From NCBI RefSeq assembly GCF_009914755.1, contig NC_060926.1: a stretch of DNA of 64,000 nt; one strand, written 5' to 3'. Position numbers and translations under genes: made by a program. Every line of letters begins with the position of its first letter. Positions within the stretch are counted from its first letter, which is position 1. This document shows, piece after piece, positions 11,847-26,239 of the stretch. This DNA is from the human T2T-CHM13v2.0 reference genome, Homo sapiens. The notes below the pieces were generated by a model that saw only the letters and a list, made by a program, of their open reading frames with translations, was not told the DNA's origin and did not search any database.

Positions 11847-13489
11847 CCCTTAATGATGCCAGCGAGTTTGACACTGGCGCCCTCCTGCAGTCTCTCCCCA
11901 GCCCGAGCATGTGCTCCTGTTCAGCAGGCAGGTCCCCTGAGTCGGGAACGTCCCTGGACGGGGGCGGGGAGGGGGCCTTGCCAGAGCTCTGGTGAGTGGG
12001 CTTCAGACCCTGCTTAGTGAGTGGAATTTTCTCTCCATCTTTCTGCGATTATAATCCACTCTGGAGTGGACTGTGGGCTGCTTCCCATAGGGAAATGAGC
12101 TCCCAGCTGCACACTGAGACTCCGTGCCCTCCTCATGGGACCCCCACAGCCCATCATGCACTGCAGGGTCTCTGTTGCAGGAAACCACCGGACATGCCGG
12201 GACACCTGCTGCTTGGGGGGTCTCAAGCGAACCTAGGACAGCCAGGATGTTCATGCACCTCGGGAGGCTGGGCCCTCGTGGGCAGAGACGAGACACAGAA
12301 ATACATCTTAGACCACATCTGCCATATCCATGGAGCCATCGACCCAGGAACTGTGCAGGCCGCTTTCCTTCCCTGGCCTCAGATTCCTCCCCTATCAAAT
12401 GGAATGTTGACCACATTAACTGCACAATGGTAAAATTCTACATATTAAATGTTATCTACGTAGGTTAGGAGGTAAGACAGGCACACATTAATTGCAAATA
12501 ATGTGACTCCTCATAATTCAGATCAGTCTAGGAACAGAAGCAGTCACGTTCCAAGGAAAAGATAACCTACTATTATCAGAGCAGACTGGGTGGAGGAGCA
12601 TAAGGCTTGGGTGTGAGGGAAATACAGAAAGAAAGAAGTGGGGGCTGCCCAGCAGCCATCAGGTGCCACACACACATTATCCTGCCTCATTCCGACCGGA
12701 ATCCTTCAGGGAGTGCCTGCATCCCAACCTCACAGGCCAGTCTGCGCCTCAAAGAAGTCACGTCCCTTGCTGAAGGTCATCCCAGGAGAGAGTGGAAGGG
12801 TGGAGGCTCCCATTCTGCATGAGTTGTAATGTATTCCATCTGACTCACTCCTCTAGCTGCTCACAGCACAAACCCCATACAAAACATTAAGCCACCTTCT
12901 AGAGGGCTCTGAAACCGAGGAAAAGGCGGGCAAACTAACTAGGGACCCTGGAAACCTGCAAATGACTCAGCAGTGAGCTCTTGGGGGTTTCCAGTCTCCT
13001 TTATACTCTAGCCTGGGTGTGACAGGAGCCCAGAAACACCCACCAGTACAGACACACAGGAGCCCCACAGAGGCTGCCCTCTCCAGCCACATGATCTGAA
13101 GCAGTGAAGCCCAACAGAGTGGGCTGCGGTAACTGCACCTGCCCCCCCTTCGAGGGGAGAACCCTGATCCCCCTGCCCCTCGGGGCAATGAGAAGGCAAC
13201 GTCCTGAGGAGGATCAGTGTGGAAGCTGCCTCCTGGCCCTGCTCAGCAGGCACAGGCAGGGGCCTCCCCCTCCCCACCCAGGACAGGGACACTGGGAGCA
13301 AAGTCACACCTTCTAGAGAAGACAGTGGCAGGGACCAAAGTAGCACTGCAGAGGGCCCATTGACATTGACATTGGACCACTGACGGCAAAACTGAGCCAG
13401 GAAGTGCATTCGAACCTGGACCGGCTGACATGCCAAACTAGAAGATTTACCTAAAAACCAGCGTCTTACATAGAAGATTTTCATAGGAG

Positions 13490-14400
13490 CCAGATAAGGA
13501 TTTTAAAGCAGCCATGTTAAAAATGCTACAATGAGCCGTTGAGAACACTCTTGAAGGAAATGGAAATATAAAACATCTCAGCAAAAAATAAATGAATAAA
13601 TAAATATGTACTTGTGTACCAAATGGTAATTTTAAAATTGAAAAAATACAATCATCAAAAATAACACAACACCCACACACAAAACCAACAACAACACTTC
13701 AATGCATGAGCTCAGTAGAAGAATGAACACTAGCAAGGACAAAATCAGCTAACTTAAGGAACATCAATCATCTGAATAATAACATCAATAATCTGAAACA
13801 AATAGTAGTAGCAGAAATAAAATAGACTGGGAACCAAATGAATGTTCCTCAGAGTCCTAAGGGGCTCAACAAAAGTTCTGCATATCATCCCATCAGCAAC
13901 TATGAAAGGGAAAAAAGAATGCAGGATGGAAAAAGCTGGAAAGAAAAAAAAATGAGTAAATGCTTCCCAAGCTTGGTGGAAGACATAAATAAACCTATAG
14001 ATTTAAGAAAGTAAGTGTCCTCTCCCAATTAGGATAAAACCTAAGAAATTCATGTTCAAATGCACAATAGCCCAATGTTTGAAAGCCAGAAATGAGGAAA
14101 CAAATCTTACTAACAGCCAGCGCAGAAAGAGCACATCACCTGCCTTCAGGGGAAGAGTGGTTTGGATAACAGCCGATTTGTCACCAAAACTGTGCAGGCC
14201 AGAAGGAAGCGACACGTTTGTCAAGTGCTGAAAGAAAAGAGCTGTCCATCCAGAATTTTATATCCAGAAAAATATCTTTCAGCAATGACACAGAAATAAA
14301 GAAAGAGCCTCAGATACAAACAAACAAAGGGGCTGTATTACCAGCAGTCTCACTCTGAAGGAATAGCTGCACAGTGTTCTTCAGACAGAGACGTGTTGAT
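13490..14400 (+). mobile_element. Old L1 (L1M) ORF1-region relic
   Basis: A-rich strand. CCAGAATTTTATATCCAGAAAAATATCTTTC and GCAGGCCAGAAGGAAG match the RILYPAK(L/I)SF and ARR motifs of L1 ORF1. Many stops. Confidence 0.72.
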
Positions 14401-14679
14401 GGAACGGAGAGGTGATGATGGATGGAGGTGATGGTGGATGGAGGTGATGGTGGATGGAGGTGATGATAGAGTGACTCTTGGGCACCAGGGAAGGCTGAAG
14501 GCAGAAGGAGGGGTGCAGGCAGGTGTAAGTGTGAACAACTGTGTTTTCCTCTGGGGAGCTGAGAGTTCAGCCCTTTGTGTGTCTTTCCAGAGTCCATGAC
14601 TTTCACCACGCCTCACTGCCTCTCCACATTGCTGTATTTTATTTGGGGACTTTTATAAATTTATTGTCTCCTAAATCTT

Positions 14680-14825
14680 TCAGATTTATCCTATGAGGTG
14701 GTTATTAGTACAGTATTTTGAAGATGTTACACTGAAGCCCCAAGAGGTTGCTAATTTACCCAAAGACACACAGCTAGCCTGACAGAACATGGATGTGAAC
14801 CTTCTGCTCCCAGAGTCTGTGCCGT
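14680..14825 (-). mobile_element. MIR fragment
   Basis: CCTATGAGGT..ATTTTGAAGATG..AGAGGTTGCTAATTTACCCAAAGACACACAGCTAG. Confidence 0.65.
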
Positions 14826-14944
14826 TCTCGTGACACCTGTTAGCCTCTTTCTATGCTTCAGCAAGATTGGGATGTCCAAGGTTTGACGACTGAGCACGGT
14901 GGGATTTGGTCCTGCCTCTGGCCCAGGGGGAGCAGCAGAGGGCT

Positions 14945-15320
14945 GGGAATGCCCGTTCTTAGTGCTGGTGTGAGTGTGATTACGGGAACCTGTTCTCAAT
15001 GCTGGTGTGACCGTGATTACAGGAGCCCGTTCTCAGTGCTGGTGTGAGTGTGATTAGGGGAACCCATTCTCAGTGCTTGTGTGACCATGATTACGGGAGC
15101 CTATTCTCAGCGCTGGTGTGAGCATGATTATGGGAGCCCATTCTCAGCACTGGTGTGAGCATGATTACGGGAACTTGTTCTCAGTGCTGTTGTGAGCGTG
15201 ATTACGGGAGCCCATTCTCAGTACTGGTGTGAGTGTGGTTGTGGGACCCCGTTCTCAGCACTGGTGTGAGCGTGATCATGGGAGCCCGTTCTCAGCGCTG
15301 GTGCGAGCGTGATTACGGGA
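14945..15320. repeat. VNTR, 37-bp unit, about 10 diverged copies
   Basis: Consensus GGAGCCCRTTCTCAGYGCTGGTGTGAGCGTGATTACG. Confidence 0.94.
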
Positions 15321-15830
15321 AGGGGCAGAGGACCTGGAGCAGTGAGGACGTTAGAACACACGGGCGCATGGACATTCACAGGTGTTTACTTTCATGAACA
15401 GCTGGCATGTTTTTAACTCGTAAATCCTGCATCCCGCACATTATAGCGTTTGTCTTTCTACCCCCCTACTAGAGGGAACAGCATTTCGGGAGGCAGAGCC
15501 CATGCCTTCCTCCCAGGCTTCGTTTCAGCCTCTGCCTCTGTCTTGCTTCCATGTCCCTGTCCCCCGTGACATGCCTATTGTTTATTTTGTCCCGTTACAT
15601 TAATTTCTCTAAGTGCACTCCCTTCCTTTCTTTTAATTGTGGTAAAGATGAGGACGAGGGAAGAGAAGAAGAGGGAGGAAAGAGGAAGGGAGGAGAGGGG
15701 ATGGAAAAAAGCAGCTCAAACCATAAAAAGCTCATAACCTCCATAAAAAGCTCCATAAAAGCTCCATAAAAAGCTCAAACCTGCCACTTCAGCAGGGGTT
15801 GCTCTGGGATCAGACGGGGTGAGAAAGTTC

Positions 15831-16680
15831 TGTGGAGCTGTGATTTAAATGAGAAACGCAGATGTTCATCCAGGATTCCTGGCTCACAGCTCCTAAAACC
15901 CTCATCGCTTCCTTAGTGAGCAGAACAGCAGGAGGGTCTTTCGCTATAAGATCTGGTGTCTTCCTTCTTGAGACAGCTGCGGAACTGTAAGGTGAGAGGT
16001 TGTTGTCTATAAGAAGCCTATTTAAGCCACACCTGGCCTTACTTTGAGATGGTTTTTGGAAAGTCCCTAGAGAGCTAGGGGGTTAAGGTGGCTTGCCAGG
16101 GGAAGCAGGGTTATGATTAGAGGGTTAGAGACCCTCAACCTCACCCAGCCTTCCGGAGAGAGGAGTGGGGCTTGAGACACATGTAATCACCACTGACCAA
16201 GGAAAGAACCCACTGTGCCCATGTGAGGAACCCAGTGGTGGTGCTGGGAAGATGGGGCACCCTGAGAGGGTGTGGAGGCTTCAGCCCTCACGGTGCCCTG
16301 TGCATCTCTTCTGTCTGCTGTTCCTGAGTCTCTGTGATAAATGGGTGAGTATAAGTGAAATGTTTCCCTGAGTTCTGTGAGCCATTCCAGCACAGGATTG
16401 AACCCAAGGAGGGGTCACAGGGACCTCCCATGGATGACAGGCCTGGACTTTCCCTGGCACCTGAAGTGGGGCAGCCTCGTGGGATGGAGCTGTTAACCCA
16501 TGAGACCTGACACAGTTGCAAGGTAGGTAGCAGCAGAAGTAAACGGAATTATAGGACTCTCAGCTGGTGAAGGAGAGCTGGTCAGCTTGGGAGAAGCCCC
16601 CACATCTGGTTTCAGGACTGAAGTGTGGAACGTGTTAAGTGTGTAGCAGAAGAAAAACAGTTTGGCTTTTTTTCCTGTTT
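15831..16680 (+). mobile_element. MER21-family solo LTR
   Basis: TTCCTGGCTCACAGCTCCTAAAACCC; ATGATTAGAGGGTT; TGTTTCCCTGAGTTCTGTGAGCCATTC; ATTGAACCCAAGGAGGGGGTC; CCCCACATCTGGT. Confidence 0.8.
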
Positions 16681-17007
16681 TTCAAGTTCTAGGAACATTA
16701 GAAATCTTCCTGGAGAAAGAAAATGAAGAGATCTTAGTGTCTCACTGCACCTGACCTCTGTGGCGAGCTAGGAGTGTCTGAGCCCTCACCACGCCTTCCC
16801 CTGTGAGTACCGGACCCCTCTTCAGGAGTCAGGAAGCGGATGCAGGGTGGTGCAGCCCCAGGACATGGAGCCTGGGAACGCCAGGCCCACGGTCAGCCCT
16901 GCCAGGTGCCGTCGGACGCACCTCGAGGGTTTTCCACGCATTGAAACAGGCAAGGTTAGCATAGGGCAGGGTCCCCAGTGCTGGAACTGCCAGAGCCCAG
17001 GGAAACG

Positions 17008-17285
17008 AGGGTGGGGAGGACTGGGGGGCTCGGGAGGGACTGGCGGGCTCAGGAGAAGACTGAGAAGGACTGGGGGGCTCTGAGGTGGACTGGGGTGCTC
17101 AGGGGAAGACTAGGCGGACTGGGGGACTGAAGGGGGGAACCAGGGGTCACAGAGGAAGACTGTGGAGGACTGGAGGGCTCGGGTGAAGACTGAGGAGGAC
17201 TGGGGGGCTCGAGGGAAGACTGAGGAGGACTGGGGGCTTGGAGGGGAACTGGGGGGCTCGGGGGAGTGGACTGGGGGTGGGGGAG
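17008..17285. repeat. Degenerate G-rich minisatellite
   Basis: Recurrent GAGGACTGGGGGGCTCGRGGGAAGACT modules. Confidence 0.82.
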
Positions 17286-19164
17286 TTCCTGGCCAAAGCT
17301 GAGGGGGACCTGTTTGGAAACCGGAAGGATATGGGGGATTAGGGAGGCCTAGGGGTACATGGACGAGCTGAAGAGGAAGAGGCCCCCACAAGGCTGCAGC
17401 CGGGGAGGCACCGACACCACTGCTGGTACGGAGACGGGCATGGCTGAACCTGTAGGAGCCCCAGACTCAGGCCAGCTCTCAGATCTGCTGGGGCCCAGCC
17501 GGCCAGGGTCACCTTCCAGGACGCAGAGTGCGAGCAGGACTGGGGGCTCTGCAGAGCCCATGGAGGCCCCGGGACCCCATCCTCCTGGTTACAGTCCCGG
17601 ATGGCTTTGTCCTGGCTGACGTCTGACCCGAGACCAGAAATGAACAGCAGTGACACATCTCATCCCACAGGGAAAGTAAATTCAAACCATTCAGGGCCCT
17701 CGTTCAGTGCCCTCAATGCGGCAGATGCTGTTGGTAGCACGAATCTCCACACCGAGGTGGGTCCTCCCACGACGGATTCCTCCAAGCACAAGAGCTGGCC
17801 TGGGACTAATGTGGACAGAGGCCAGCGCTCATGAATTCTCAAAGATGCCGCCTTTGTGGCCCCTCCCCATAGGGACTATTCCTCCAACCTGATTGCTTCC
17901 ACGTGCACATGAATACACACACGTGACAGGAATCCCTACATTCCTGAATTCCCTAAACCGATGCTCCCTGAGCTGGAACAGAGCGCACAACGAGAGAACG
18001 AGGAGGCCGAGTCCGTCAGAGCTTCTGGTCCATCCATGTCTAGCCCAGTGAATGGCGTTGGTTTTCTGAAGGCCGTATTTTATGCTGGCTTCGTGTTTCT
18101 TTGAAGTGACAGAGAACCTACTTTTGATGGAAACACAGTGACAGAACACTCAGCCTTCCCCTTTCCCTGATGCCTGCATGGAGACCCTGTCGTCAGGAGC
18201 CAAGGGTCCCCCGATGGCAGAAGGCCCTTCCAGAGGCAGCGGCTTTCTGGATCTCATTTTACAAACCAGAGGGAGGCCGCAGGGTCCGTCATGAGGAATC
18301 TGCTCCACCAGGGGGTGAATGCCTTCCCTGTGCCAGCGCACACGCTGCACTCTTGCCACCGCTCTGCATGGAAGAAGCTCTCGTCCCATCACAGTCCGGA
18401 TTCTGCTAAGACCAACTTTCCCTTGGCCAGGGTGGGGCCACACACACAGCTCACCTAGTGAGGAATTACCTTTGTAACACCTGTTGGTCTTAAATAATTT
18501 CAATGCCAACTCAGGCAGTAAATTAGCACTGTCAGTAGCAGAGAACCTGCTCAGGGCATAACTGTCCTTGGTGAAGCCAACAATTAAACAGACGAAAATA
18601 ACTTTCCTCTTGGCCTCTGCAGAGTGATTAAATACACAGTGGGGGCACTGAACCCCAGATACTCATCAATATGTTTCTGCTGCAAAGCCATATTGCCTTT
18701 TCCTGAAAATAAATGACTTTATTGCAAAAGGATTCTCATATTTAATATTTTCAACTCTTCAAAAAGCAGCATGAAATGTATATTTAATAAAGAAGATCAA
18801 CCTCTTCTAGTAAAATAAATATTAAATCCTGAAAGTTATTTATAATGTGAAGTCTGTTTCAGCATGTTATCAAAAATACAGTCAGAACTTACTCTTGTTG
18901 AGTTTTCTGAGTGACAGTCGTCGATGCTTAGGAAGGGGCTGGAGTGGAGAGTCAGGGTCTGCCTCTCCCACGAGCACCCTGCAGACCCTTCATACCCACT
19001 CCCCTCAACAGAGCACAGACCCTCCCTCTTCCTTGTCTTGACCCAACCAGATTCAGCACCGAAGAGACAGAAAACATTGGAGGATAAGCTGTCACCTGGA
19101 CCCGCATGACTTGGTGGGCTGCAGACATTTGATCCTGCCACATACCTAAGATGAGATGAATGTG

Positions 19165-19280
19165 GGCAAGTCTGTCTTCATCCTGTGGGGCTGCCCTGAC
19201 GGAGAAACACAGACAGGGTGGCTCAAACAAGAATTTATTTCTCAGAGTTCTAGGTGGGAGGTCGGAGATCAAGTGTCCTG
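19165..19280 (-). mobile_element. MLT1 (MaLR) LTR fragment
   Basis: CACAGACAGGGTGGCTCAAACAAGAATTTATTTCTCAGAGTTCTAGG..GTCGGAGATCAAG. Confidence 0.7.
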
Positions 19281-21887
19281 CTGTCCTCCCTTTCACAGAA
19301 GGAAACAGAACTCAAAAACAAGCAAGGCCACCCACCTAGTGAGCAGCAGGTGCGGACTCTGAGGCCAGATCCCTTGATGCCTCCCCACCATGCACTCAGC
19401 AATGCTGAGTGAAGTCGATCCAATATGTGCTCAGGGATGTTGCTGTATTTCAGGATTAAGTGTTTACTACGACAGGACAGTTCATCATGGAATATTTTAA
19501 AGCCGCTTCCACAGTGTTCTAGCACACTCTAAAACATTGTACCACGTCCATTTACATAAGTACATGGTGAGGTCAAGGCTACGTTGGATCGGAGGAGACC
19601 CCAACTGCCCTGTCTGTGATCCAAGAGAAACTCAGTCATGATATTGAGAATAATTCCGTGTGTATAAATTCCACGAGACAAGGCTTCATTGTTGCTTTTC
19701 TTGTTCTTGTTTTGTTCTATCTGCTTATCTCAAGGGAGCAGCATGCACTAGACAGACTTGTGATGTGCCTTGGCCCAGGCCTGTATCTGAAATCATGACA
19801 AGGGCTCATGGTGGAGCAAGTGTGAAACACAGACGTTAACAACCAAAGTGGCTTGTGCAGCAGTTAAGAGGCCTGATATGTGCAGCTGTGATCTGCCCCC
19901 GACGTTTACAAACACCAGGAGCTGCCACTGCCCAGCCCTGACCTAGGGGATTCCTCACTCGGAAAGAAGCACTGAGGCTCATGGAATCCAAGCGCACGAG
20001 ACGCGGGCAGGCGGTGCCCCAGAGCCCACCACGAATCCATGGCCTCCAGAGTTACCAGTATCACTGCTCAGTGAGGGCTGGGGGAGTACAGCCAAAGACT
20101 CCTTATCCAAGTCAGCACCCTTCCCACTGGATCTGAGAGCCAGCCAGCCTCGGCTGTGTCCCTGCCTGGCAGGGAAGTGAGTCACCTGTGATTGGAAACA
20201 GCCTGAACTGGGAAAGAAAAGAGGAAAAACGAACCTCAGATTTTTGTAAACACGGAGCCCATGGTCTTATTGTTTTTGCTGCTCTTCTGTTTTTGTAGCT
20301 GGAAAGGACCTTGGTGTCCAATGCTCTACGTGGAGTGGATGTAGAGGTTCAGGGTTAAGGCGCTTCCGGGAGGTCCCACAGCTACTTAAACATGGGGAGC
20401 ATCCACTCAGGGCTACAGCCTTGAGGCAAGCACGAGTCTAAGCCCATTTCATACATGAACTCCTTTAAACCTCACAGCAACCCCAGAGTCAGGGGCAGGT
20501 TGTTAGTGTCCACACCCCCTGGAGCCCCAGGGATGACCTGGGGGGCCCAAGGTCACAGCCGGCAGGCGAGGGCCTGAACCTCCAGGGGCACTCAGATCCA
20601 CAAGGGTCTGCAACGCTGCAGTTCCCGCTGGGTGGTGAAGGTGAAAGTGATCATCTGTGATTGAACACTGAGAGGAGAACCATTCCATCCCATCATTTTA
20701 AGGTAATTATTTGGGGTTTGGCCAACCAGTGCAGCAAAACAAGTGAAGTGCTGGGACACAGCAAAGTGTTCTTCCATGCCAGTGCTCCCGGCGACCTGGA
20801 TTTAAAGACACACTCATGAGTCTTTCAGGCCAGGGCTGGCGTGAGGGTCCACTCTGCATCTGAACAATGCCTCGCCTTACTCTCGAGAACAGAGCCGTCT
20901 CCAGCAGACACTCTGAGGCACCTCAGACACAAGGTCATTTCCAGGAGACATCAAGTCTGAAATGCATCGAGTGACTCCAAACGAAAATGTGCCCTTTATA
21001 TGCTAATTATGCCAGCTCAAAGAACAGCTCAGCCGTTTAGAGGGTAAGAAATATTTGAGAAGATGTATATGAAAAGCTTCATGGCTTGAAACACAACCCC
21101 AGCTTGTAGGAAACTCAGAAACACTGCCTCTGAATACTTCCCACACCCTGCTTGCTGGAAGGAGCACTCAATGGAAGGAAGTGAAATTGGTCTCTGTTTC
21201 CTCAGGAATCATACCTGACAGGCTAATTTCTCAGTGGCAAATGAAAGTGGTAAACATTTGGGTGATATGAACAATTCCAAAATATCTACTCCCAATGTCA
21301 GATTCCTTTCTTGAAGTTTAATTCATGAAAAGATTCTGGCCTTCTCATTTACAGGCTATGAGCAGAGACAATGTCTTTATGGAAAATCAGCTGACAGCAT
21401 CTTTATTAATTATAGATCTTAATGTTATTTTAATTTTGTGTTTCAACTTATTACAAAAATATCTCTATTTTAAGAGAATGTTTCTCTCTACACATAAACT
21501 GGGCTGTTCTGCGTGAGGGGAAGTACAGGCTGTGAGAAACAAAAGTGCATGAGCCATCCGGCGTTCCCAGTGTCTGCCGCAGACCCAAAGTTAAGGTTTG
21601 CCTTTAATTTTATCAGCTCTCTTTACCCGCTATTTTGTAGTAAAACTCATTTTCTATTTTCATCATATGCTTCTCAGATTCTCACTAGTTTGATAGCACA
21701 CGCATATACATCTTTTACTGAAATAATACTTTCTAACGTAATGAGCACTTACATTAATAGCCTAAGCACCACCCAACACACATCCATTCCTCTCAGAAGC
21801 TCCCCAGTCCCTGAGCCTAGAGGCTCGGCCTCCCTCAGCTCCAAGTAATTCCTCCTCAAGGCACCAGTGTGGAGGGCATCGCAGACA

Positions 21888-22055
21888 CATCCGCCCCAGG
21901 ACTGGAGCTCACACTGCAGCCCTCCATGGGGAGCTCCCCCTCAGATCTGACCCTTTTCTGATTCTCTGGCCCATCCGCCCCAGGACTGGAGCTCACACTG
22001 CAGCCCTCCGTGGGGAGCTCCCCCTCAGATCTGACCCTTTTCTGATTCTCTGGCC
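21888..22055. repeat. Two-copy 84-bp tandem duplication, 1 mismatch
   Basis: 21888-21971 and 21972-22055 differ only at CCAT/CCGT. Confidence 0.95.
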
Positions 22056-22251
22056 ATTGTTCTTTCCACCGCAATCAAACATGAAAGAGCGTTTTTGCCT
22101 TCCTGTTCTTCTCTAGAATTGTGTTTATTTAAAGTCCTTAAGAGAACATCAAGAAGTGAAAGAATTACTATTCTCAGTAGTACCACCATTCTAAGCTTGC
22201 ACATAAACATTGTCTCCTCCTGGGAGAAATGCCTGGATTTACCCTGAAAGA

Positions 22252-22380
22252 CCCCGGTCCAGTGTGTCTGTGGCCAGGTCTCAGCCCTGGTCCAGTGTGT
22301 CCATGGCCAGGTCTCAGCCCTGGTCCAGTGTGTCCATGGCCAGGTCCCAGCCCTGGTCCAGTGTGTCTGTGGCCAGGTCT
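22252..22380. repeat. VNTR, 33-bp unit, about 4 copies
   Basis: Unit CCCTGGTCCAGTGTGTCYRTGGCCAGGTCTCAG. Confidence 0.93.
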
Positions 22381-23134
22381 TAGGAGCCCATCTCAAGAAT
22401 CATCGTCACTCATCCAAAGCAGCCCCTCCATAGAACGGCTGTTGACAGCCCTGCCTCGGATTTTTCTGGAACTGACCACACGTGGAAAGCAGGGCTGGCC
22501 CCAGGGCACAAGCACTGAGTCAGCCTGGGTTCAATGCCCGTTCCATAACTCACGGCTGTGTGACCTTGGCGCTCTGACTCAGAATGTCCAAGCTTTGATT
22601 TTTTTAATTGAAAACTGATGGAAAATCCACATAAAAGGTTTAGCACATGGTAAACAATGCACAAAAATTATTCATGAGATTGCTCAAATGTTACAACACT
22701 GAGTTCCTGAAAACAGCAGTTTGTATCAGAAAACATACCAAATAGTATTTTTAAAGGTTTGTATTATCTCTACTTGTAAAGAAAGACACTGATTTCATTT
22801 TTCCTTAGTACTTTATTTTATGTAAAAGAATTCTAGCATTGTACAGGCATGTAGATTAATGAGCCAATTGTGTATACTTTTGTGAATTGAATAGTTAGTA
22901 TAAAAAAAATTTATGTTACTCTTTGAATAGTGAAATTTCACTTCACTATTAAATCCAAGAAACATTTTTAAAAAACGTTTGTCAATAATAAAATATTTAT
23001 GGTCATTTTTATTTCTTTTTTGCCGTATTTGTTTACCCTATTTTTTTATTTTACATTTTCTAACTGTATCTCACAAATAAATCCATCTTAAAATGTATGA
23101 GGTAGACTGACAGGCTTTCCTCTCAAAATGCCTG

Positions 23135-23330
23135 TGTACAAATCTCATCTCTTATAGTCAGCTGAGTTAATTTTGGCAAATTACCTAGCCTCTCAGTATT
23201 TGCTTTCTCATCCCAAAACATAGATACTAAATCTATCTATCTCATAGACTTGACATCAGGATTAAATTAATCAATTTATAACACTTAAAATCCTGTCTCA
23301 CACAAAGTAATCACTCCAAATATAGCTATA
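23135..23330 (+). mobile_element. MIR
   Basis: TTGGCAAATTACCTAGCCTCTC..TTTCTCATC..CTATCTCATAG..AGGATTAAATTAA..CACACAAAGTAA. Confidence 0.7.
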
Positions 23331-23864
23331 ATGACAAGGAACGAACCAAAAGCAAACATCACTTAAATATTCAAACAGCACATTCTTAGTTAGTAGTGAT
23401 ATTAGCATACTGAATGCTGTGCATAGCTTAAACAGGAATGAACCATTGACACACGATCGAGGATAAAACATGTTTTCTTGCTGCTGTGAGTAAATTCAGA
23501 TAGTATTGGTCTAACTTACAACCACACGAAGGAAAATAAATTACCCAGATTTAAATTTAGAAAAATTCACATGGCTTGATGTCAAAGAGCCACATCCCAT
23601 TATTTTGCTAATTCTGAGACTTTTTACTGTAGTGATAGAAATGAATGTTAGCCAACAATGCTTTTTGTGCTCTCACTAACATTAAATAAAGGTGATGTTT
23701 CAAAGAAGAGATAAAATAATAACAGACAAAGCTGACTTAAAAAGCTAAAGATGAAATGGCATAAATGAAATGGATAAAAGCAAACAGATCAGAAGGAAAA
23801 TGACAGAAAATAATATCAGTGTTGAAGATAGCAAATATTGTTAGATTAGAATAGTTCAAATGGT

Positions 23865-24850
23865 GATACAGAACATATTTGGTTTCTCCGACAATATTCT
23901 CACAACATAGTACACTTCCGTGGCCTCACATGTGTGAGGGTTTGTTCCCTCCAACCACCAATTCGGGAGCAGATTGTCCAACAGGCACCAGCCAGGTGTC
24001 CTCCAGTTCAGTTCGTTCATAACACCGCTCACCTGGAGACAGCATCAGAGCCCACAGACTGAGGCTCAGTTCCTACGACAGCCACCTGCAGACAGCATCA
24101 GAGCCCACAGACTGAGGCTCGGTTCCCACAACGGCCACCTGGAGACAGCATCAGAGCCCACAGACTGAGGCTGTGTTCCCAAGACGGTCACCTGCAGACA
24201 GCATCCGAGCCCACAGACTGAGGCTCAGTTCCCACGACGGCCACCCGGAGACAGCATCAGAGCCCACAGACTGAGGCTCATTTCCCACGACGGCTACCTG
24301 CAGACAGCATCAGAGCCCACAGACTGAGGCTCGGTTCCCACAACGGCCACCTGGAGACAGCATCCGAGCCCACAGACTGAGGCTGTGTTCCCACAACGGC
24401 AGACAGCATCAGAGCCCACAGACTGAGGCTGTGTTCCCACGACGGCCACCGGCAGACAGCATCAGAGCCCACAGACTGAGGCTGTGTTCCCACGATGGCC
24501 ACCTGCAGACAGCATCCGAGCCCACAGACTGAGGCTGTGTTCCCACGATGGCCACCGGCAGACAGCATCAGAGCCCACAGACTGAGGCTCAGTTCCCATG
24601 ACGGCCCCCACTTCAGACACCAGTCACCAGCCCCAGATTTGACCTGTGTCTTGGACTAACCAGCCATACATTGGGGTTCCCGTGGCCCCCTCCTTGCAGT
24701 CAATTAATTTGCTAGATCAGCTCAAAGAACCCGTGTATTTATAATCTGACAAAGGGTATAGACGGACAGCTGGGTAGAGGACACGCACAGGGCGAGGTGC
24801 TGGGAGGAGTCCAGGGTGCCCATGCCCTTGAGGGTGATGGGCCATGTCCC
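23865..24850 (-). mobile_element. MER21-family LTR interrupted by an internal VNTR
   Basis: Reverse-complement similarity to 16300-16680 on both sides of the array: CACCAGCCAGGTGTCCTCCAGTTCAGTTC before it, CCCCACTTCAGACACCAG..CCCCCTCCTTG..AATTTGCTAGA after it. Confidence 0.78.
24030..24610. repeat. VNTR, 53-bp unit, about 11 copies
   Basis: Unit CACCTGSAGACAGCATCAGAGCCCACAGACTGAGGCTCAGTTCCCACGACGGC; one shortened unit near 24400. Confidence 0.96.
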
Positions 24851-24929
24851 TGGCCATGGGCTACAGACTCCACCTGGTGTGGCCAGCAAACAGCAGGACA
24901 CAATCTCCTCCAAGGGTGTGCAAATGCAC

Positions 24930-25120
24930 CTTCTCCACCCCTCGGCTCCTCCCACCCGAGGCTGCTGCAGGACTTGTCCTTCTCTCTCAGCTCCTCCCAC
25001 CCCAGGCTGCTGGAGGACTTGTCCTTCTCCACCCCTCGGCTCCTCCCACCCGAGGCTGCTACAGGACTTGTCCTCTCTCGGCTCCTCCCACCCAAGGCTG
25101 CTGCAGGACTTGTCCTTCTC
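24930..25120. repeat. VNTR, about 44-49-bp unit, 4 copies
   Basis: Repeated CTCGGCTCCTCCCACCCGAGGCTGCTGCAGGACTTGTCCTT. Confidence 0.9.
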
Positions 25121-25149
25121 TGGTGCTCTAGGTTCGCTCTTCCTTAAGA

Positions 25150-26022
<873 letters not shown>

Positions 26023-26239
26023 CACTATTAGGCATTTCAAATCTTGGCAGGATCAGAAGAGAAATCAGATCCCTCAACACTCAGATCAATAAAAACTAAA
26101 GCATGAGAATAAATGTTATTACCAATTGAAATGGCTAAAGAGAGCAATGAAGTCAACAAATAGGAAGTACAGGAAATAAAAAACATACATAAATATTTGC
26201 AACCAAAAGATAGAGAGTAATAAAATGGTAGATATAATC

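Noticed and set aside
21340-21420. Acceptor-like TTCTCATTTACAG (also near 5085 and 44150)
   Set aside because: No matched donor or recognisable peptide; it cannot be supported without RNA data.
22926-22950. Imperfect palindrome AATAGTGAAATTTCACTTCACTATT
   Set aside because: It is short and lies in AT-rich sequence, so chance is plausible.
15831-24850. Two MER21 LTRs as the ends of one provirus
   Set aside because: They are in opposite orientation and diverged, with no internal ERV sequence between them.
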